A stretch of 63,153 bases of DNA, counting the filler, from Basidiobolus meristosporus CBS 931.73 (taxonomy: Eukaryota; Fungi; Basidiobolomycota): the NCBI GenBank assembly GCA_002104905.1. It is 3 parts of 3 records of this genome, joined end to end, with 100 filler letters (N's around TTAATTAATTAA, not from the genome) between each part and the next. Parts side by side here need not be neighbours in the genome. Positions count along the whole stretch, not along the records: positions 1 to 31,036 come from MCFE01000842.1; 2 more parts are not named here. One strand, written 5' to 3'. Position numbers and translations under genes: made by a program. A model generated the notes under the pieces. The model saw only the letters and a program-made list of their open reading frames with translations, had not been told where the DNA came from and did no database searches. Positions 13,082-27,700 of the stretch are shown one piece after another. Each line of letters opens with the position of its first letter. Position 1 is the stretch's first letter.

Positions 13082-15115
13082 AGACTTGTTTCATTGTACC
13101 GTGCCAGGGTGCGTGGTGCAATCCCTAGTTGCAAAGAACAATTAGGTGCAATATTATAGCTATCAGTTGGTAGGATTGCTCTTGGACAATTTTGCACTAT
13201 GCGAGCAATCTTGCACACTATGGCGCAATCTGACACAATGAGGCTGGCACAGATGATTGCACCAACTTGTAATGTTGCATCATGTGCTCAGTTGGATACC
13301 GCTATTATGGCAGGTAAAATCTGGTATTTGGATATGTTTCTTTCATGTATATGGAAATAAATTTGTATCACACTATAAACTACACTGATACTCACCATTT
13401 TGGTTACCATCACTCCAATTGGATGATATGTCAGTGGTTAATTGGACAAAAATTATCCTGAAGCTGGTAGCCCCCAATTGGCTCATTGACTACTAAGCAA
13501 GCTACCTGATTTGCCATAAAATATTCCATTTTGCCCATTGAGCAAATAAATCCCTGATCCCAGTGATTGGACAAGGTGTCATAGCTAGCACACAAGCAAT
13601 TGGGTAGGTGCAAAACAGACTCAATAGCTGCACTGGTATTACAAATGATGTATATATATGCAGTGTACTTATTTATAGGGGTTCAGTCTCAAATGTGAGA
13701 CAACCTTGATATTACTTATATCAAAAATTTGATGATCACTGATTTGCAATGGCTTGATTGGGATTGCAAAAAAAATGTGTTGTTGGGATCATTACAAATA
13801 AAAGCAATACACAGCGATTGCATCATCTTCTCCTGGGTTTTTTTCTCACAGGGACTACTACTGAAGAATTTGGTAGTGACTCACTTTGCACACCTATACT
13901 ACTTTCTTGTTGACGATTATCTTGGCTACTTGTGTATTTGTAGTCAGTATTTTGCCTCCTAGTGGATGAGTGCAATGCTGCAGCTTGGCCATGTTGAATT
14001 GCTCCAATTGAACCTACTGAACCAGTCTGGAGTGCCACATGCTGACATGTTCTTTTACTTGCCAAGGGCTCTGGTGCTTAAGGCACTTCATGTGGGTAAT
14101 CATCAGTCAGTTCACCAGGAGTAACTTGCTGATGCTCAGGTGAAACAGCATGTGCAGGTACAACCTGATGCATTGGCATGGCCCTTGGCTGAGTTGAATG
14201 TGATGCCAATTGTAGATGCAACTTGGTCCACTCCAATGGACTTGTGTCTTTTTGAGCAGTTTGGCAAGTTTTGGTAGTTTTGCTCTGAAGTGCGCGCATT
14301 GACCCAATGTGAGTTGACTCAATGCGGGGCATTCTTGTTAAGGGTGTTGGTGTAGTCTGGACTGACATGCACCAGCATTAAAAATATCTTTGGTTCACAA
14401 AGTTGTGGTACAATTGGACGTGTCCAGCCTGTACTGTGCAAATTGCATGTGAAACTGTTCCAGTGTGGCTTCTTCATCAAATCCCCTCACCCTCAGCTCA
14501 TTCTTTCAATACTTGTCTTGTTATATATCTTCTTAGATACATTGGCTGTCATATTGATGTAGAGCTCATGCCACAGCTTTCTATTCCAATTCTTCCATCT
14601 TTGTTGACTCTCTGAGGTATCTAGTTCTGCTAGATTAATCAGTAGTGCCCAAATATCTGTATGAAGGCTCATCATAGACACTAGGGCCATACTAAAATCA
14701 TTTGGCAAGAACTCAAACGGATCCAACATTGACTTTTCTGGTCCAGACCGCACTTGTGAGCTGGGGGATGGGTTTTGTCTGGGTTGTACTAAAGATGAGT
14801 TAAGGCTTTGTATGGGGACCATAGCAACGGATTTGGATACTTATATAGCAGTATATTGGCATCAACCTGGTCTTATATGAAATACATATGAAAACTAATG
14901 TGATTGTTGAATTTTCCATATATTGTGCATGATGCATCTTGGATTGCGTTAACACGGACCAGATCACATTAATTGCAGATTTCCTATTTGATTATAGACC
15001 TATGATTAAAGCATCAATAACAGTACCAAGGCATTGTTTGCGGATGATTTTTGTGACATAATGATGGGAAACATGGCAATTGATGGAGATTTAACCATAA
15101 TGTATTAGAAATCAA
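13082..15115 (+). mobile_element. Truncated family D copy (left end through ORF2, no transposase)
   Basis: Starts AGACTTGTTTC; colinear with 46323-48600 with an internal deletion; abuts a gypsy pol fragment. Confidence 0.9.
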
Positions 15116-15119
15116 TCAA

Positions 15120-16345
15120 TTCCTAATGAGGTGGATGAAGATATAAAGAAGATAATCCGTGATGAAGCCAGCAAATTTGTTGTACAGGATGAAACACACT
15201 ACCATATTGTTGATGGAAGCCCTATTGCCTATTGTCCTTATGTTGCTTGCCTGGATTTAATACATAAGCTACACAATGGCTATGGACATCTTGGGATTGA
15301 AGGAACCTATAGCCTTGTGAAAGCGAGAGCATGGTGGCCCAGAATGAAACAAGACATTGAGAAGCTAGTAAAAACATGCCCAAACTGCCACATCAATCAA
15401 GGCCAGCCACAAAGAATTGCCAAAATCTTCCCTTTGGAGCCTGTAAGACCATTTGAGAGATGAGGAATTGACTTTAATGGAAGACTGCCAACTACCAGGA
15501 AATGCAACCATCGGATCCTAGAAGCAATTGACCATGCCACTAAATGGCCAGTTGCTAAAGCTGTACCAATAGCCAGTGAACAAGAAGTTGCAAGTTTCAT
15601 TTACCATGAGATCCTTATGAAGTTTGGATGCCCTGTGGAGATCTTATCCAATAGAGGTGCAAACTTTATGGCAAAGACATTAGAGGCTTACCTGAAAATG
15701 CAGCAGATTAAACACTTGAAAACCTCAGCATATCACCCCAGAACTAATGGAGTCACTGAGCGGTTTAATGAATTATTAGGAAAAATGCTGACCAAGTATG
15801 CAAATGGAGTTGTCAGTAGATGGGATGAGTATATAGACCAAGCACTCTTTGCATGCAGAGTCAGAGAACACAACACCACCCAGCAAGCACCATTTTACTT
15901 ATTTTATGGATGTGAACCAAGGATTCCAGGAGATCTCACACAACCCAAGCTTACAGATGCCTTAGAAGATGAACTTAGGCAGCCAAGTAGACACCAGCAA
16001 CTGGAACAAAGACATCAAGAGGCACAGTCCAAAGTATCTCAAAGTGCAGAAAAGATGAAGCAGAGATTTGATAAGACTATAGCATCAGAAGCATTGACAG
16101 TTGGGAACTTTGTATTGCTAGGAAACAACACTTGGAAGAAGTTTGAGCCACAATGGACAGGACCATTCAAGATCATCAGAGAATGTCCATTTGCAACTTA
16201 CCAACTGGTGGACAAACAAGGCAATATCCGGGAAGACTTAGTGCATAGGGGCAGACTCAAGCTTGCAAGACTTGCTGATAATACTGAGGCATCAAGATAT
16301 TGGTATCACAAGAAAAGAGATTCAGGAGAACCCTCTCATCTTTAG
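15120..16345 (+). pseudogene. Ty3/gypsy integrase region, family A, second copy
   Basis: HLGIEG...CPNC zinc finger; 242-aa ORF with SNRGANF, SAYHPRTNGVTERFN and WTGPFKI; highly similar to 431-1653. Confidence 0.95.
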
Positions 16346-16355
16346 CAGGGGAGAA

Positions 16356-16722
16356 TGTTATGATCTGCCGCTTAAATGTTTAAGTTAGATCAGTTTTTAG
16401 TCAAATCAATTAGTATATGTTTAGGTTATCAGTATATCAGTATCATCTATGAAATCAGTAGCATTAGTCAGCAAATGAATCAGCAGACCCTTATCAGACA
16501 GAAATAGATATACTAAGTAGGATCTTATTGGGTGATGATGATGTAATCAAATGAGTCATCAGCCACAACCTACATTAGGAAATACAATTAGTCAGCAATT
16601 GATCTGGCAAAATGTATATAAGGAGCTGCTGAAACTCAATAAAAATCAGTTCAAGTTTTAGTGAATACAATACTAGCTAAACTCCCTATTCCTCTACAAC
16701 TCTTATACCAAGACTTGTAACA
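16356..16722 (+). mobile_element. 3' LTR, family A (367 bp)
   Basis: PPT upstream; TGTTA...TAACA termini. Confidence 0.93.
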
Positions 16723-16895
16723 AGGTCAATCTTGCTGAATATAGTGGCTCCATTGAGCTGGTCCAAAAGCTCATCAATTCAGTGTATGAGGTACTTATTC
16801 TTCACAGTAACTGAGCTGAGGGCTCTGTATTCAATGCACATCCTAAGTGTTCCATCCTTCTTTTTCACAAACAGTACTGATGCTGCCAAGGTGAC
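16723..16895 (-). pseudogene. Ty3/gypsy RT fragment, inverted
   Basis: Minus frame reads [30 protein letters not shown]...IDELLDQLNGATIFSKID. Confidence 0.85.
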
Positions 16896-17799
16896 TTGCT
16901 TTGTGACAAAGTATTCAAATGAAGCTTTAAGGAAATGGAACAAGTGTATTGAGCCAGCACTGTTTGCCTGCAGAGTAAGGGTACACCGTTATACCCATGG
17001 TTTCCAGGGGAGGTCACATAACCAAAGCAAACCAAAAACTTGGAGAATGAACTCAGGCAGCATAGCAAACACCAATAATTCAAACAAAACCATCAGGAGG
17101 CTTGAGCCAAAATATGCAAAAGTGCAGAAAAGATGAAGCAGAGACTTGATAAGACTCTATCACCGGAGGCTTTGGTTGTTGGAAAGCTTGTATTGCTAAG
17201 GTACAGCACTTGTAAGAGGTATCAACTATAATGAACAACACCATTCAAGATTATCAGACAATGTCATTTCCACCTTACCTAGTTATAGACAAATCAGGCA
17301 ATTCCCAAGAAGATTTAGCTCAAAGAGCAAGACTTATGCTTATATGACCCACTGACATTGCTGAGCCATTGAGATATTTGCAAATCAAGCAAAGAGGCTC
17401 AGGCAAACCTTAGCAGCTTTTGTAGGGAAGTATATTATAATCTACCACTTCAATATTTTTGCTGGATCAATTTATAATCAGATCAATTAGTTTATGTTTT
17501 GCCTTCAAGTATATCAGTATTATGCATCAAATCGATAATATCAGTCAGCATATGAATTAGCAGGTCTTTACAGGCAAGAAATAGATATAATAAGTCAAAT
17601 CTGAAGGGGTCACAAGGATGCTATTAAGTGAGTTATCAGCCAAAACCTTTATTGGGAACTACATCTGGTCAGCAATTGACCTGGCAAGATGTATTTGATG
17701 AGCTGCTGGAATCTCAATAAATATCAGCTCAAGTTTCAATGAATACAAACTAGCTAAACTCCCTATTCCTCTACAAACCTTATAAGAAGAATTGTAACA
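16896..17799 (+). mobile_element. Family-A-related gypsy integrase tail plus diverged 3' LTR (17433-17799)
   Basis: [18 protein letters not shown]; purine tract before 17433; LTR ends TGTAACA and is colinear with family A. Confidence 0.8.
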
Positions 17800-20700
17800 G
17801 CACTATAATATCACTTTTGTGCCAGTACTCATTTGAGTGTATGGCAGTCCTCCTCCTTACTTAATGTTATATCTGCATTACTTCTACAAAGGTATAAATA
17901 CTGAGCCTCTTTATGAAATAGCAGCAATTCCACTATTATTGCTATTTCATGATAAGTTTCTTATATGCAAATTGCTTCTTAACCTGCAACAGGTTATCAG
18001 CCCCAATTGCATTAACCTATTCTAAAGATGACTCTAACAGCAAACCAAACAATGAAAACACCTTCTCTGTAAAGGAGAGGTTTGATGGGAAGAACTACAG
18101 ACTTTGGAGAATCAAGATGCATAACCACCCTGACAAAAGAAAGCTTGGGAATATAGTAACAGGAAAAGAAGTTGAGCCTAAAGGAACAGCAGAAGAAGTG
18201 GAGACATTTCAAGAGAAGGACAGAGAGGCCTTTAATGCCATATGTATCAACATGGTAGATTCCATTATTGGACATATCCATGCTTCAAACACTTCCCAAG
18301 TAGTATGGAAATCCTTAGTGAAGATCTTGAGAGCAAGGTCAGTACAAAGCAAGCTTTATCTGAAACAAAAGGTCTTTAACATCAGGAAGAAGCCAGATGA
18401 TGACATGCTATAACTCATTACCAGAATGTAAAGACTTGCAGGAGAACTTTACAGCATTAATGCTGGTGTAGATGATGAAGAAAGATACTATATCTGCTTT
18501 GCAGCCTACCAAACAAGTATAAGCTAGTAATCCTTTTTTTGAAAGCAGAGAAGATATTTAGCTTTGGGAAACAGAGAACACAATATATCTGAATTACCAT
18601 GCAAGATCATTGTACCTGAGTATGTAAATATTACTGAAACTGATGAAATCAACTAGGCAACATGATATAGTAGGCTTGGACACATTGGGAAACGCAAAAT
18701 GAGCCAATTTATGAAAAATCAGCTTGTTTCAGGCCTTCATTAATCAATATCAATTATACTGAGTGTCTGTAAGGGATGTGCACATGGCAAACAAGCTAGG
18801 CAATGTCTCAGGAGCTCAGAGGGCCTCAGCAATACCAAGGTATTGGCTATTGCATAATCAGACATATATGGGCCTCTGAGAACACTGTTCTTTGAAGCCT
18901 AAATATACTTTATTACATTTATTTATGAAAAGACAAGATATTCATGGGTGTGCTTTCTCAAAACAAAGGATGAGGCTTTAGAGATGCTATAGCATTTAAA
19001 GAACATGGCAGAAACACCAACTAGGTGTAAATTGAAGTTAATGCAAAGTGACAACAGAGGGGAATGATGCTCACAGAAGTTTGCAACATACTGCTCATGT
19101 ACTGCTTTACTTCAATAGACCACTGTTCCAAGCACTCCACAGCAAAATTGAGTAGCAGAATGTGCAAATAGAATAATAGCAGAGCTGGGAAGATCTATGC
19201 TACAAGATAAGGGAATGTACTATAATGTTTGGACTGAATCTGTTGCTACAGCAGCAAACTACTAGAATAGATGCCCAACAACAGTACTATGTGAATCTAC
19301 ACGTCTTGAAGCATATGCATGCAAGAAACTGGATGTCCAGCATCTTAGGATCCTTGGCAGTGGTGTCATTTATTGCATCCCTGGCAAAAAACAAGCAGGA
19401 GCCAATGAGTAGAAATGGGATCTTTCCTGGATATAGTCATAATACTAAAGGGTGTAGAGCATATGATGGTGCAATTCAGAAGCTGATCAAGAGCAGTAAC
19501 GTTGTGTTTGAGGAGAATTCAGGTCAAAATGCCACTGAAACCATTGGCCTACTGCCTGATGATGCAATCAATACTAATGGGTAAGATGCAAACATAATTC
19601 AACCAGACTCAGAAGATAAGTATACCAATTCCAGATCAGAACATTCTATCCCAATTAGGAGATCTACAAGAAAAAGAAATACCCCTGCATTCAGGTGGCA
19701 GACATCCAATGAACATGAAGAAGCTTATCTTTCCTTATGTACCAATTTCTAGAGTCTGGAACAGGCAATGCAAATTCCAGATGATATCATATGGCAACAA
19801 GCCTTACAGGAAGAGTACCAATCACTGATCAAGTCAAAAGTTGGACCTGGTAGATTAACCAGATAGGAGAAAGCTAATAGGATGTAGATGGCTCTAAAAG
19901 ATCAAGATAATCTCTAATGGCACCACTGACAATTACAAGGCTAGATTGATGGCTAAAGGCTATTCACAGATCCATGGACTAGATTTTTAGGAAGCTTTCC
20001 TCTGGTTGCCAAGTTTAACTCCATTAGGACAGTTGTAACCCTGCTAGCTGTACAGGGCCTAGATCCACACCCAATGGACCTCAAAAGAGCCTTTCTAAAT
20101 GGTTATTTGCAAAAAACCATATATATGGAGCAACCCGAAGATTTTATCAATCCAAAAAGCCCCCATATGGTGTGCCAACTCAGGAAACTGGTGTATAGGC
20201 TGAGGCAGGCACCTAGAGCATGGTATAACAGGATTAACACCTATCTAGAGGAGATTGGGCTTCTTTGTAGTACTGTAGATCACAGTACATGTTGAAATAG
20301 CTCAAAAAGGGAGTGATAATTCTAGTTCTTGATGTGGATAACCTAATAACAGCTACAAGTGACCAGGAGGCCCTTAAATCATCAAAATCAGAACTTTTCT
20401 GCAAATCTGAGATGAAAGATCTTGGATAATTGAGCTATATTTTTGGAATTGAAGTCAAATTTGACATGCTTATGCAGGAAATTATGATGAGCAATTCTAA
20501 GTACTTCAGGGACATTCTTAGAAGCTTCAGAATGGAAAATTGCAAGCCTGCAGCTACCCCTATGGACAATACACTAAGATTGAACAAATCTCAGCCAGTT
20601 TTAGGTGAAAATGGCTTAATTGTGGACCAAGCTTTTCCCTATCAATCAACAGCCGGTAGCCTGATGTAATTAATAGTGTCTACATGTCAAAATATTACAA

Positions 20701-21120
20701 TGGCAACTGGAATAGGCAGTCAATCATGCAGAATTATGGATCAAATCAAATTACAGCAGTTAGGCAGATTTCAAATATCTGCAAGGCATCAAAAATATGG
20801 TACTGGAATACAAGGAGCAGCTAATAGGCAATATTTTGATTGTTTTAGTGATTCATATTGAGTAGGGATCTGATTAACAGAAGCCCTACCACTGCATATG
20901 TATTTCTTCATGCTGGTCTAGCTATTACTAAGAATTGCAAGAAACAACCCACTGTGGCCCAGTCTACAACTGAGGCTGCATATATGGCAGCTTGTCAAGC
21001 AACTAAGGAAGCTGTATGGCTACAAAAATTACTCAAAGACTTAGGTTTTAATTAAGATGTACCATCATGTATTCACAGAGATGATCAAAGTTATACTTCA
21101 TTAGCTAGAAATCCTAAGGA
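17800..21120 (+). mobile_element. Degenerate Ty1/copia element, family C
   Basis: LTR end at 17991; PBS GGTTATCAGCCC; gag FDGKNYRLWRIKM; GAG-pre-integrase RLGHIG...CKGCAHGKQ; integrase TPQQNxVAE; RT MDLKRAFLNG; RNase H KKQPTVAQSTTEAAY; many stops. Confidence 0.93.
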
Positions 21121-21124
21121 TAGG

Positions 21125-22040
21125 CGGAACAATTTGGATAATAACCAGCAGATATATTAACATCAAGGCACCTATTCCTTTTATATGGTAATGCTAAGCT
21201 GTCCCAGTGCATAGGTTGTAGCATTTGTAAGACATAATTTGGTTGCATGCAATAAGAAGCTAGTTTGTCTGAGGGCTACTTTAATGAAGTAAGCCTAGTA
21301 TCTACAGAGCACAACCAGATATCTACATTTTAAATACAAAATATACATCAAAGCAATTAGAGTGAGCTGATCAGAGGGACTAGAATCCTACAGGGACAAT
21401 GGATGTTTATCACAACCAAAGTAGTAGTTTGTAGTTAAGGAACTTACTGTGAGGTAGTAGTGCTATTCAAGCTGTTGTTTCTTCATGGAGTACCTCAGTA
21501 TAAGCATTGTTGTAGAGGCAGTATAGCTATAATACTAAGCTAGGAGAATTTTGCAATAGTCAAGAGTATTCAGTAAAGTTTCAGGGTAAATACATAGTGT
21601 TTGGCAAAATATTAATTTAAATTTGACTATAGAGGAATAATTATGGATCATAGATATGAAAGAAAGTGCCCAAGTTAGGGCAGTATACTAGTCCTACAGC
21701 AACTAAGACCACACTAGTACTGCTAAGTGCCTATTTAGCTGCTGAGAGATACTGCATAGTCCTATATCTCAACTCTCACCTTTATTGAGTAAATTCTTGA
21801 TCCCAATCTCACTTTAAGATTCTCAAACTACAGCCAGTTAGTGGTTTGCTGATATCTCAGTTATTGTTTTGTCAGTTTAGTGGTACACTAACTCTATAAA
21901 ATCACTTTCTACAGCTTCACTTACAAAGAGGTGTTGTCATATATGTGCTCAGTTCCAACAAGATTAGTAGCATTTCTTGCTAATGAGATATCTGTTGGAA
22001 CATTGGAGAGAGGAATAGGAAATGAATGAGATTTAGAAGA
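21125..22040 (-). repeat. Composite repeat (unknown segment, family C LTR, RNase H tail), paralogous to 5410-10200
   Basis: Colinear with 5410-5818 + 8962-9038 + 9771-10200. Confidence 0.7.
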
Positions 22041-22565
22041 CACTCATGATATAAACTTATTCCATTGATCTGAAATACAATATTTTAATTTGTTGTAAAA
22101 CTGTGTAAATGTTACTACTTGGCCACCATGAGGGAAGTCTTAGGAGGTCACATGGCAAGTTCAACCCATTGACACAAGTTTCAGAGTTTCTTAAAATTCT
22201 GTACTCCCCTTACTGCAGATAAGTGGCATACATCTAACAAGCCAGTCTCTAAGTTAACACTGTGAAAAGCTCCACCTGTGTGCTATTTCATACAGCTCCT
22301 TTTAGGCTGCTTCACCAATATTTGGTGATCTTCCATGCTTAAGATGAGCTCAATCACCTCAAAATATGTGTCAATTCTACTATACCATGCTCTAGTTGCC
22401 TTTTCAAGGTCATCCAACAGTTTGTGAGTCTTTGCACCTTTTAGAGGCATTTCTGATGGTAGAACTCTCTGGTCACTCCATTTACATATAGTTTTTTGCA
22501 GATCTGTGTTTCCAAAGGCTGAACTGGGAGCTATTTGATGTTGATGTGAGCTCTACGCAGCTACC

Positions 22566-22933
22566 TATTGCAATTTAGGAAGTACTTTGAATATTAGGAG
22601 CTTATAAGGAATTTATGATCATTGTTGAACTTCTGTTTGCTGATAAAGGAGCACGGTAATTCTATCATTGTAGAAGTAATACAACTGTATTACCAAGTAA
22701 GGAGGGTTTTGCAACATTCTGGAGCATTCTATAACAGCTGTTGGGCCAGTACATAATGTTATGTAAAAGTACTAGTTAGATCTTGAATATAGGGTAATAA
22801 TCATAGGATAATAGATCTGGCAAAAGCGGCAAAGTTACAATATAGATTAGTCCTACAGTGACCATGAGTAATCCAGAATTGTTAGGTAGATTTTTAGCTG
22901 CTGAATGATCCCAAATAGTCCAATGTTTCAACA
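22566..22933 (-). mobile_element. Solo LTR, family C, TSD CTACC
   Basis: CTACC at 22561-22565 and 22934-22938; 368 bp; colinear with 24382-24749. Confidence 0.85.
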
Positions 22934-23149
22934 CTACCAAGGCTAGAGTACTAACCTAGTTTTTGCACTTATCCATGGTACAATATGCGGTTATATTGAT
23001 CTTGCAGACCAATCTACATCTTATTTGCTCTTTCTCATGTGGCAAATCTACCAGTTCCCACATTAATGCCTTGATCAGCAATAAGTACTCCTCCTGAATG
23101 ACCTGTTACCATTAAGTAGCATCTGGACCTTTTTGAAAGAGTTGACTAG

Positions 23150-23420
23150 TTGGCAGCATTCAGTAGCTAGGAGCTTACTTAGCAATTCTGGACTAGTCTT
23201 AGTCACTGCAGAGCTCATTCACACCACTAACTTTGCCACTTGCTATCAGATCATTGATCTTGTGATTACTTGCCTATAGTCAAGATCAAGTTTGCACACT
23301 TACCAATCATTAGTATTCATGCTAAAACTGCTACAACCTGTTGCAATATAAGAAGTATTTGATATTAGAAACTTATCAAGGGATGGCTATAAAAGTGTAA
23401 CTGTTTTCTATTCATAAAAA
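23150..23420 (+). repeat. Partial family C LTR
   Basis: Similar to 2032-2385. Confidence 0.55.
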
Positions 23421-24381
23421 GTGCAGTATTCATGGTGCAGCAGTATGGTTTTTCAATCATAAGGAGCATCCAGTTGAGTTTCAGGGTTAACATATAATGT
23501 TTGGCAAATGCTTTAACTTAAACCTCACTATAGGGGAGAAATCATAGATTATTGATCTGAAACAAGGTAGCATAGTTGGGCTCTAAATGAGTGCCACAGA
23601 GACTAAGACTACACCATATTTATAAGTAGATTCTTAGGATTTTAAATAGTTTTGGATTTCAAAGACATATTAGTTGAGTTCCAAATGGCAATTTGCAGTT
23701 ATTCAAGTAGTATTTGTACAAAAACCAAGATGCATATGCCACATGCAATCCATGATATATGGCAACACTGCAAGCATCAAATTAGCCTGCCAAAAAGCTG
23801 AGGTGATGAAGTGTGTCATTTGCAGCAGGTTCTTTCATACAAGATGTTAGTTAGTTGAAGGCATTAGATTTCTTGGATACAATAGCATTGTGCAGGACAA
23901 GCTGTAGGCCAACACACTACCATGATATTCCCATGGAGTTCTGCAAAAATGTTGCCAAAAAGCCACCAATTTTTTGTCATATAAGAAAACCTCATTTATT
24001 AGCAAGCTGAAGCTTCTAAAAGAAGTGGTATGAATTAAGACAGCCTGAATGCATTGCAAACCCTGAACAAACAATGTCAAATGCCCATCAAGAATATGGG
24101 CAGTAAAGAGAACAAGGCACCATCACAGTACTGCTGCAAGATTGTCAGCAAGGGCAATGGCTCAATGGTTCTGGCCTTCAGAGGCCTCATCTCAGGCTTG
24201 GACAACTGATCCAGGCTAGATTCACCAAAAGATCTTATTTAACTTTACATAGGGAACTGATTTTGCTCAAAAATTATGTGATAATTAACAATCATGTAAC
24301 ATTTGTTTGGTTTGTTTGCATGATCTGATGCTGAATTTTGCTGTGGTAATTAATTAATAAAAGCTTTTTGATCTAGGGTGA

Positions 24382-24764
24382 TGTTGCAATTCAAGAAGTG
24401 ATGTGGATATAAGGAACTTGTTAAGAAATAGTGATAATAGTTGACCTGCTATTTATTCTTAACAAGTCTCACTATTTATACCTTTGTAGAAGTAATACAA
24501 CTGTAACACTAAGTAAGAATAGCTTCTCAGCACTCAGGAGCATTCTATCACAGTTTCAGGGTCAATAATAGTATATGGTAATTTTGCTAATTTGATCTTG
24601 ACTATAGAGGAATAGCCATAGGAAAATACATCTGAAGAAAGTGGCAAAGTTACTATTGTAAGTTAGTCCTACAGCAGCCAAGACTAGTCCATATTTGTAA
24701 AGTAAGTTTTTAGCTGCTGAATGATACCAAATGGTCCAACATTTTAACACTCCCCCTCAACTCA
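24382..24764 (-). mobile_element. Family C 3' LTR (24382-24749) with PPT
   Basis: Minus strand reads GAGTTGAGGGGGAG|TGTTAAAA...TTGCAACA. Confidence 0.85.
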
Positions 24765-24786
24765 ATAATTTCTTAATCCTAATTAC

Positions 24787-27700
24787 AATTGTAAATATTT
24801 GTATTCCACCTTAATACTCACCTAGCTTAGTCACTTAGATCATTGCCTTCAAATTTTAGAGAGTACTGACAAGAAATCCCTGTTGGGAAGTACTTATAAT
24901 ATTTTCACCAAAATATTTGATACCCAAAACATAAAATTTTTCAAAGTTGTTCAAACAGCCCCAGACTTTGCACTTATGCTCTTGGTATCTTACTGAACCT
25001 ATTCTACATGTTTGTAATGCCAAGACCATGTCAAAGTAAATTACTACTTTGACATTCAATAAATCAATCAGCTAGAACCACGTAATTTACTTGTTCTACT
25101 TATTACTTCCAGTATTTCCAAGACTCTTATAACAGGTTCTGGGTCCTAAGCAGTCAGTCTCTGCAATGCCTACTACTGCTATTACTGGAATCTTTCCCTC
25201 TGCTGAACAGTTGGATGGATCTAACTACCAAGTGTGTAAGGTGAAGATGAAGATGCTGCTACAGGAAAGAGGCCTCTGGGATATTGTCTTGGGAGAAGAA
25301 TGCCCTCCTAAAAGTGTGAGAGAGGAATCCTTAAATTACCAGAAGAATGAACGGAGTGACTTTAACTTTGATTGCCTTAATGTTAAAAACAAATTGCTAC
25401 TTCAACACTCAAGAGCAAAAATGTCAAAGAATGCCTGCAAGGCATTAGAAGGCACCTAACAGTCATGTTCAGCTGCCAAGAAAATTTATCTTAGAGAAAA
25501 GTTCCTTACTACAAAGATGCTGCCAGAAGTAAAAATGAAAACTCTAATTAACAGAATTACCTTGCTGGTAGATGAGATTGAATCCATATGCATACCAACT
25601 ACTGATGAGGATGTGATAACAACTATCCCAAGTAGCATGACAGACAGGTTTTAGGGCCTTATATCAGCCCTAGAGTCCAGAACTGAAGATTTGACCTTAA
25701 ATTACATATAAGAAGGCTCCTGGACAAAGAATTATGAAAGTCAAGCACCAACACAAAGGAAGAAGAAAATGTTTTAAAATGCAATGATTACCAACAAAGG
25801 AGATACCTAAGACCTTGTAAAGGGAATAGAAACCTGTTTTGAAACTACTGCAAAAGGAATGGACGCACATCAGACCAGTATTTGAAAAAAAGAAATACTG
25901 TCAGCAGAAAAAGTCTGATTATGGAAATGCTCCAACAACCAAAGATAGACTACTTGTGGTATCCAAGAGAAAGTGTAATAAAATTCTTGAATGGTTTAAC
26001 TGAACCAAAGGGACAATTAAGTGCAGAATCTTAGAATTGTCAGAGAGTGGCGAAAATATTGGCCAAAAGATTCTGATCTAATATTGGTCTTGGATATAGC
26101 TTGGTTGGCCATAAAGAGAATGATATTTGTTTGCTAGGCAAGCTAAGCTTGGTGTTCTTTGGAGTGCTAGATATACTAGGCTTGGATAGAAACCAGAACT
26201 GAATTGTTGGATTCTTATTTTTGCTGAGACTGAATCTTAATTTTGTTGAGACACACACTAAACCAAAAGGTTCAGTAAACTTTATTTATACTTTTCTGAT
26301 CAAGTTGAATTAGTAAGCATCAAGGGACTGGATTGATTGAAATCAATTTGGGTGTTCATAGGTGCATAAGATAAATGAAAATTACATCATGAATCAACTG
26401 ATGTCTTGGCAACTGCACAGTGGTTGGATAGATCTCAGATGACTAATCACCTGGGAAGGCTTGGCAGATGGGTTGATAACGTAATGACCATTTGAAAATA
26501 GATCAGGTGTGATAGCTAAAAATAGATTCTGAGGTGGGATAAAATAAACTGTAACTGGGATTTGTTATGTTTGGGTTAGGGAAAATCAGTTAGGGTACTA
26601 GATTTTCAAATGGAGTAAAATTGGCTAAGTTTTAAATATTGATGCACAACACTACTCATATCAGCACTAAATATGACCACAAGCAAGGACTCTTAGATGT
26701 GGTACATTGATACTGGAGTATCTCAACACTTAATACACCAAAAAGAGCATTTTACTCAGTACTAAGAAATTTCAATTAAGAAGGTTTTTGTTGGTGACAA
26801 TAGAACACCTGATGCAGTGAGAGAAAGAGGTGTTCAAGTAAATTCTTGAAACAGTGAGGGAAGCCATACACTGACTTTTAGAGAAGTACTCAGTGTACCA
26901 GAAATAGCCAAGAACCTAGTATCTGTAAGCAAGGCAATAGCAGAAGCACCCAGTTTTGGCTTTGACAATTCTGGATGCAATATCACAAATTAAAATGGTG
27001 CTGATATTACTTTGAATATCAGAGATCTGAATCTGTATAAGCTGTCATAAATTCCATCATATCTGGAAGCCAGTAAAAGTACTTGAATGAAGAAATATTA
27101 ATGCTTTGGCACAGGAGACTTGGACATGTTGATTTTGATTATTTGCACAAATAATCAAATATCAGCTTATATCCAGAGTAGAAATAGATCCTGCAGCTAA
27201 TTTGAAGCACTGTGAAGCCTGTATATATGGGAAACAAGCCTGGCAACTGCTTAAGAGCTTTGGGTTAGTCAAAACTAAGAGAAAACAATTGGATACTGGT
27301 GAGTCTTCAAGACAAAACACAATGCTGATGGAACAATCAAAGATACAAAGCCAGACATGTGGCCAAAGGATACTCTCAATCAAAAGAGCTTTACTATACT
27401 GAGACCCTGCACCAGCAGCCAAGCTTATTCCATCAGATTAATATGGACTTTTGCTGCAAAATATAAGTTCTTTATACATCATATGGATGTAAAAGCTATA
27501 TTCTTGAATGGGAACTTAATGAGGATGTGCATATGGACCAAACTGATGAGTTTGCTGACCAAGACAACCACCATTTGCTCTGCAAGCTTAATATGTCTCT
27601 ATATGGACTCAGGCAATCACTGACAGCCTGGAATTGCAAAATAGATTATTATTTGGAATCTTTGAGTTTCAAAAGGAAGATTGCTGACAGTAGTATTTAC

